Below, piece by piece: positions 44,993 through 48,662 of a stretch of 48,662 nt of DNA. The translations under genes were made by a program, and so were the position numbers. Under the pieces are notes generated by a model. The model saw only the letters and a program-made list of their open reading frames with translations. It did no database searches and was not told the DNA's origin. The DNA is from a virus. Taxonomy: Duplodnaviria; Caudoviricetes. How positions within the stretch are numbered: the first letter of the stretch is position 1; each line of letters begins with the position of its first letter. The DNA lies in the IMG/VR virus record IMGVR_UViG_3300044724_004748, positions 1 through 48,662 of that record; one strand, given 5' to 3'.

Positions 44993-45190
44993 TCAGACGA
45001 GTGAAGCGGAGGACTTGTCGCCAACTTTGGTGGCGGCAAATGACTTCAGTACTGAAAGTGCAGCAGCCACACCGGCTGTCGCAGCACCTTTGGCTGAGGC
45101 CATGTCGGTAACAACAAACATTGCAACAAAAGTCTGAATGAATGTCATAGCGGCACGTTCCGCAACCTGCTTGTACATGTTCATATCCAT
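44993..45190 (-). CDS. Holin (r1t-holin-like)
   Basis: AERAAMTFIQT...AAALSVLKS...GDKSSASLV, two TM segments, AAGGAG RBS. Confidence 0.75.
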   Translation of the reverse strand: MDMNMYKQVAERAAMTFIQTFVAMFVVTDMASAKGAATAGVAAALSVLKSFAATKVGDKSSASLV

Positions 45191-45295
45191 TTACATTTCT
45201 CCTTATTAGGGAATAGTTTTAGAAGGAATTCCTTCCACATATATTGTACCGCATAAGCTTTTAGCGCTCAGATGCAGATTTATGTAAAAGTTACC

Positions 45296-45565
45296 TTAGT
45301 TTTTCTTAGGCTGTGTCATGCTAAATGCCGCATCAATCTCATCAGCAGTAATCTTTCCGTCATCAGCATAAGCAGCTGCGAGCTTCTGGATAACAGTCGC
45401 AGCAGACGTAGCCCCTGCCAACACGGCAGCCTTCCACGGATCAATACCACCAATAAGACTAGAGCTACCAACAATAGCCATAGCATTCATACAGAACACT
45501 GCCGCAATACGGCCTATCGTATTCCACACAAGTTGATTAGTCGCTTGCATTTTCTCTCTCATCAT
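45296..45565 (-). CDS. Small membrane protein (holin-like)
   Basis: Two hydrophobic helices and a C-terminal DDGKITADEIDAAF. Confidence 0.6.
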   Translation of the reverse strand: MMREKMQATNQLVWNTIGRIAAVFCMNAMAIVGSSSLIGGIDPWKAAVLAGATSAATVIQKLAAAYADDGKITADEIDAAFSMTQPKKN

Positions 45566-45758
45566 CTACATAGTCTAATACAGTGCCCATCAAATGTAGT
45601 GCAAGACCGGCAAGAGAAATATATATTCCCTGCTGCAACGTGGTTGACGATAAAGTGATTAGCACCAACCCCGTACCTGCTAAAGTCCACCCGAGGTAGA
45701 GCATCTCCCTACCCATACGACGGACAGCTCCCACTACTACTTTAATTATGTTTTTCAT
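45537..45758 (-). CDS. Small two-TM membrane protein
   Basis: LGWTLAGTGLVLITL...GIYISLAGLALHL. AAGGAGG RBS before ATG 45758. Confidence 0.65.
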   Translation of the reverse strand: MKNIIKVVVGAVRRMGREMLYLGWTLAGTGLVLITLSSTTLQQGIYISLAGLALHLMGTVLDYVDDERENASD

Positions 45759-45769
45759 GGTGCCTCCTT

Positions 45770-48145
45770 TCACCGAGACCTTCTTCTAGAACTACCCTTT
45801 TTACCTTTACCGCCACCAGAGTCGCCTCCGGGGCCTCCTCCACCGCCGCCACCGGAAGGACCCCCACCGCCGCCACCAGCAGGACCGGCAGGGCCAGCAG
45901 ATGTCGCAGCAGCAGCCACAGTTACGGCAGCGGCAGCAGCAACCACAGTACGCCGAGTTTCCGTGTCAACCACAGAACCTTCAGCGACATATTCGTTAAA
46001 AGCCTCGTCGTCAAAGATATCTACAGTCTCTTCAAACTCTGCCTTAACTTCGTCGTCCGCTTCGTTAACGGCAGCGACGAGAACAACTTTGGCATCGTCA
46101 GAGATGTCATCAAAGTTTTCGTCAGTGACAAGGCTTTCAATTTCTTCCGTGGTAATTTCGCCGTCAACAACGTCCAAGAACTCTTCAGCAAGTTCTTCGT
46201 CTAAGGCGTCAAGTTCTTCAACGACTTTTTCTTCGGCGGCATCAACTTCAGACAACTCGACGCCTTCAATGTCAAGCCCAAGGCTGTTTAGTTCCAGCGC
46301 TAGTTCTTGATCTTCTTCTTCAACGTCAAATTCTTCAAAGAACTCTGCAACAGTTAACGACTCGCCAGTATCTTCGTCAACAAACTCAAACTCAATTTCT
46401 TCACCGTCTACGGTAACGATCTCCGGCTCAGGTTCTGGTTCCGGTTCCGGTTCCGGGGGAAGAGTTGTCGTTGTTGTCGTCGTTGGAGGCAGCGTTGTTG
46501 TCGTGCTTGTAGTAGTTGTGGTACTTGTCGTTGAAGAAGTACTCGTAGTTGGGGTTACCGTAGTCGTCGTAGGCGGTAGGGTTGTAGTCGTTGATGTTGT
46601 CGTCGTAGTGGTAGATGGCGGTGCCTCCGTCGTTGTAGTTGTAGGCGCTACCGTCGTCGTAGTTGTAGGCGGCAACGTCGTTGTTGTCGTTACAGGTATT
46701 GTAGTGGTAGTAGTTGTCGTCGGAGGCAACGTTGTTGTGGTAGTAGTGGTTGTTGTAGTCGTCGTCGGAGGGACCGGCTCTGAAACAGTAAGGGTTACCT
46801 GAGTAGACCATCCAGAATAAAGTGCAAGCGTGTCGTTGTCTGAGCGAACGTCAAAGACGTACTCCTCGTCTAAACCGCCAGTACTCTCAAACAGACTGTA
46901 CGGTAGGGTGTATTCGGTATTGAGCGCTCCCTCTTCACCCACGTTTCCAGTGGCGACTCCCCACCCGGCATCTGGTGGTATGCGGAATGAAATTGCATAC
47001 CGCTCTGGATCAACATTTCCAGTGTCGGGTTCATCCCAGTCAAGAAAAACACCGTCAGCAGTAAGCTCACCGGTAAGATTCATGGGTGGGCCAACCGTTT
47101 GCGGAATCGTGGTTGTGGTGGTCGTCGTTGTGGTTGTTGTCGTGGTTGTGACTGGTGTAGCCCAAGTCCAAGTATTTACAACAAAGCCACACAGGGTAGA
47201 AGAAGTCAAACCTTGGCATGTGTCCCATGATGCGTTTGACGACCAACCGTTCGGCGGCGAGTTACTGTTGATTGAGTTAAAGTATGGGTTGGTGAGTAGG
47301 CTTGTTAAATCAGTCCACACTCCCGAACCATCTAGTTTCGCTTGGAACGAAACTTCTTTGATCTGGGTGCCATAGTTTCCGCCCCAACCTTCACCGTCTT
47401 TCGCCCAGATACGAATTTTCACACTGTCCCAGTTTGTCGAATCTTGAACGTTAGTAGACACAGAGGCTTGAAACCAACCAGACCCGACTTCAACCCAAGA
47501 AGTAGGTGCCGATGATGTCAGGTTTCCTTGCAGCAAGTTACCTGCCGAGTCATAAGCGGCATACTGTGTGGCCACGTAATCGTTAACATCGTAGAAACGC
47601 TTAACAAGAGGGGTCACAACAATTGAATCAATCTCTCCCGCATACGAAGAAACGTCAATTGTTTGCTCAATGTATGCGGGGGTGTAAGAGAATCTGACCC
47701 CGTTGTAGGTGCTGAAGTTTGTGGCAAGCGTCAGTCCCGTGGAAAGTGAGTACTCTCCACCATCGTAACCCACGCTGTTCTGCTGAGGAAAATAGCCAGC
47801 CCTAAGACGATACACACCAGCATCTAACGTCGCAGTAAGCATCGCTGATACGCACTGGTCTGTTGTGTTGTGCGCACCGTCGTCGTTAAATGTGACTTGT
47901 GTTCCCGAGAGGTCGTACAACCATAGCATCGGGTCAACAGTGTTCTCTTGACAGGACTGATTACTGTTGCCGTAAATAACAACATCGGTATCATCTTGCT
48001 CAACCTCAAAGTACCAGTCAGATTCTTCGGTAACCGTGTATGAAGCTGCGGCTGCGGGGACAGGAGCCATCCACGCCGTAATTAGAAGCATGGCAAAAGA
48101 AGCTTTAGCCATACGTTTAAATGACTTTGAAAGTTTCTTTAACAC
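45770..48145 (-). CDS. Secreted/membrane-anchored mucin-like surface protein: signal peptide, beta-sandwich domains, Fn3, poly-Thr tracts, acidic stalk, Ala/Gly-rich C-terminus
   Basis: Signal ...APVPAAA; DPMLWLYD...NDDG; W.G.YG sugar-binding-like module; PPMNLT...LDWDEP...YVFDVRSDN; two poly-Thr tracts; VVAAAAAVTVAAAA followed by a basic tail. Confidence 0.75.
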   Translation of the reverse strand: MLKKLSKSFKRMAKASFAMLLITAWMAPVPAAAASYTVTEESDWYFEVEQDDTDVVIYGNSNQSCQENTVDPMLWLYDLSGTQVTFNDDGAHNTTDQCVSAMLTATLDAGVYRLRAGYFPQQNSVGYDGGEYSLSTGLTLATNFSTYNGVRFSYTPAYIEQTIDVSSYAGEIDSIVVTPLVKRFYDVNDYVATQYAAYDSAGNLLQGNLTSSAPTSWVEVGSGWFQASVSTNVQDSTNWDSVKIRIWAKDGEGWGGNYGTQIKEVSFQAKLDGSGVWTDLTSLLTNPYFNSINSNSPPNGWSSNASWDTCQGLTSSTLCGFVVNTWTWATPVTTTTTTTTTTTTTTIPQTVGPPMNLTGELTADGVFLDWDEPDTGNVDPERYAISFRIPPDAGWGVATGNVGEEGALNTEYTLPYSLFESTGGLDEEYVFDVRSDNDTLALYSGWSTQVTLTVSEPVPPTTTTTTTTTTTTLPPTTTTTTTIPVTTTTTLPPTTTTTVAPTTTTTEAPPSTTTTTTSTTTTLPPTTTTVTPTTSTSSTTSTTTTTSTTTTLPPTTTTTTTLPPEPEPEPEPEPEIVTVDGEEIEFEFVDEDTGESLTVAEFFEEFDVEEEDQELALELNSLGLDIEGVELSEVDAAEEKVVEELDALDEELAEEFLDVVDGEITTEEIESLVTDENFDDISDDAKVVLVAAVNEADDEVKAEFEETVDIFDDEAFNEYVAEGSVVDTETRRTVVAAAAAVTVAAAATSAGPAGPAGGGGGGPSGGGGGGGPGGDSGGGKGKKGSSRRRSR
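46430..46770. repeat. Low-complexity Thr/Pro (TTTTTLPP) and PE coding repeats
   Basis: GTT/GTC/GTA triplet runs and GGTTCC units read directly. Confidence 0.9.
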
Positions 48146-48239
48146 AACCGACCGCCCAAATACAAAAAGTAAAACACACTACACTTATTGTATCTTGCCC
48201 CCGTTTGACCTTTCCCAGGGATTCGCTATAATAACGTTT

Positions 48240-48458
48240 ATGCCTACATACAATTACTCTTGCCCTCAATGTGGGCACTTTGAAACATTCCAAAAAATGT
48301 CCGAAGACTCCTTGACGGAGTGTCCGACATGCGGCGATTCAGTAAAAAAGGTCTACAGCGCCCCAGGAATCTCGGGATTCACCCCCACCCCCGCAACAGT
48401 AAGCCCCAACTACAACCCCAATCGTTCAGCGGTGTGGAACTCTGCCCAGCAAGAATAA
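48240..48458 (+). CDS. FmdB-family zinc-ribbon protein (leaderless)
   Basis: MPTYNYSCPQCGHFETFQKMSED.L..CPTCG..VKKVYSAPGI; TTGACC-16-TATAAT-7nt-ATG. Confidence 0.85.
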   Translation: MPTYNYSCPQCGHFETFQKMSEDSLTECPTCGDSVKKVYSAPGISGFTPTPATVSPNYNPNRSAVWNSAQQE

Positions 48459-48493
48459 GGTAAAATAACCTCAACTTACAAAAGAGAGGCAAC

Positions 48494-48662
48494 ATGGGTG
48501 AACTAGTATTCATGACAGGGACCATGGCGTCGGGCAAAACAACCCACCTCCTGCAGGCCCACTTCAACATTGACAGCGCCTTCCCCAACCAGACCATCCT
48601 GTTGAGCAAGAATGACAGAGAAGGCGACTCGGTATGCACCAGCAGGCTCGGGCAACGATCAT
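48494..48662 (+). CDS. tdk: Thymidine kinase, 5' part (truncated by window end)
   Basis: MGELVFMTGTMASGKTTHLLQ...NDREGDSVCTSRLG. GAGG RBS. Confidence 0.8.
   Translation, partial: MGELVFMTGTMASGKTTHLLQAHFNIDSAFPNQTILLSKNDREGDSVCTSRLGQRS

Noticed and set aside
46430-47150. GTT/GTC-rich repeats as a non-coding array, and the Val-rich plus-strand ORFs
   Set aside because: These are the antisense of poly-Thr codons in the 791-aa gene.
1-48662. tRNA genes, integrase, transposases, reverse transcriptase/DGR
   Set aside because: No cloverleaf signatures or corresponding protein motifs were seen by eye; a tRNAscan or HMM run would be needed to exclude them fully.

Overview
A 48.7-kb segment of a large tailed dsDNA phage (Caudoviricetes), most likely infecting Actinobacteria. 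The host inference rests on a WhiB gene, an actinobacterial-type thymidine kinase and at least ten leaderless TAnnnT-6/7nt-ATG promoters. The window holds an HK97-type head module (TerL on the opposite strand, portal, prohead protease, major capsid protein), neck genes, a class II ribonucleotide reductase, recombination genes (RecA, Rad52-like annealase, RecB-like nuclease, NinG-like), a ParB/PAPS-reductase (IbrAB-like) cluster, several glycan-modifying enzymes and a holin/surface-protein cluster. Four things stand out. (1) About 12.5 kb of giant mosaic genes sit between the protease and capsid genes, and a further >1188-aa gene missed by the ORF track lies at the left edge. The protease and the inserted genes reuse the same small modules, often bounded by K|S/A-type sites, and the giant genes carry GNAT-, kinase-, DNA-glycosylase- and DUF3626-like domains. 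This suggests protease-processed, capsid-packaged effector polyproteins. (2) A ~420-nt, independently promoted, densely base-paired non-coding RNA at 40290-40712 fits no class I recognise. (3) A NodS-like methylase / NodB-like deacetylase / GT2 operon follows it. (4) There are two small promoter-plus-terminator RNAs with SD or anti-SD features. Family names are from motif recognition by eye, not database searches.
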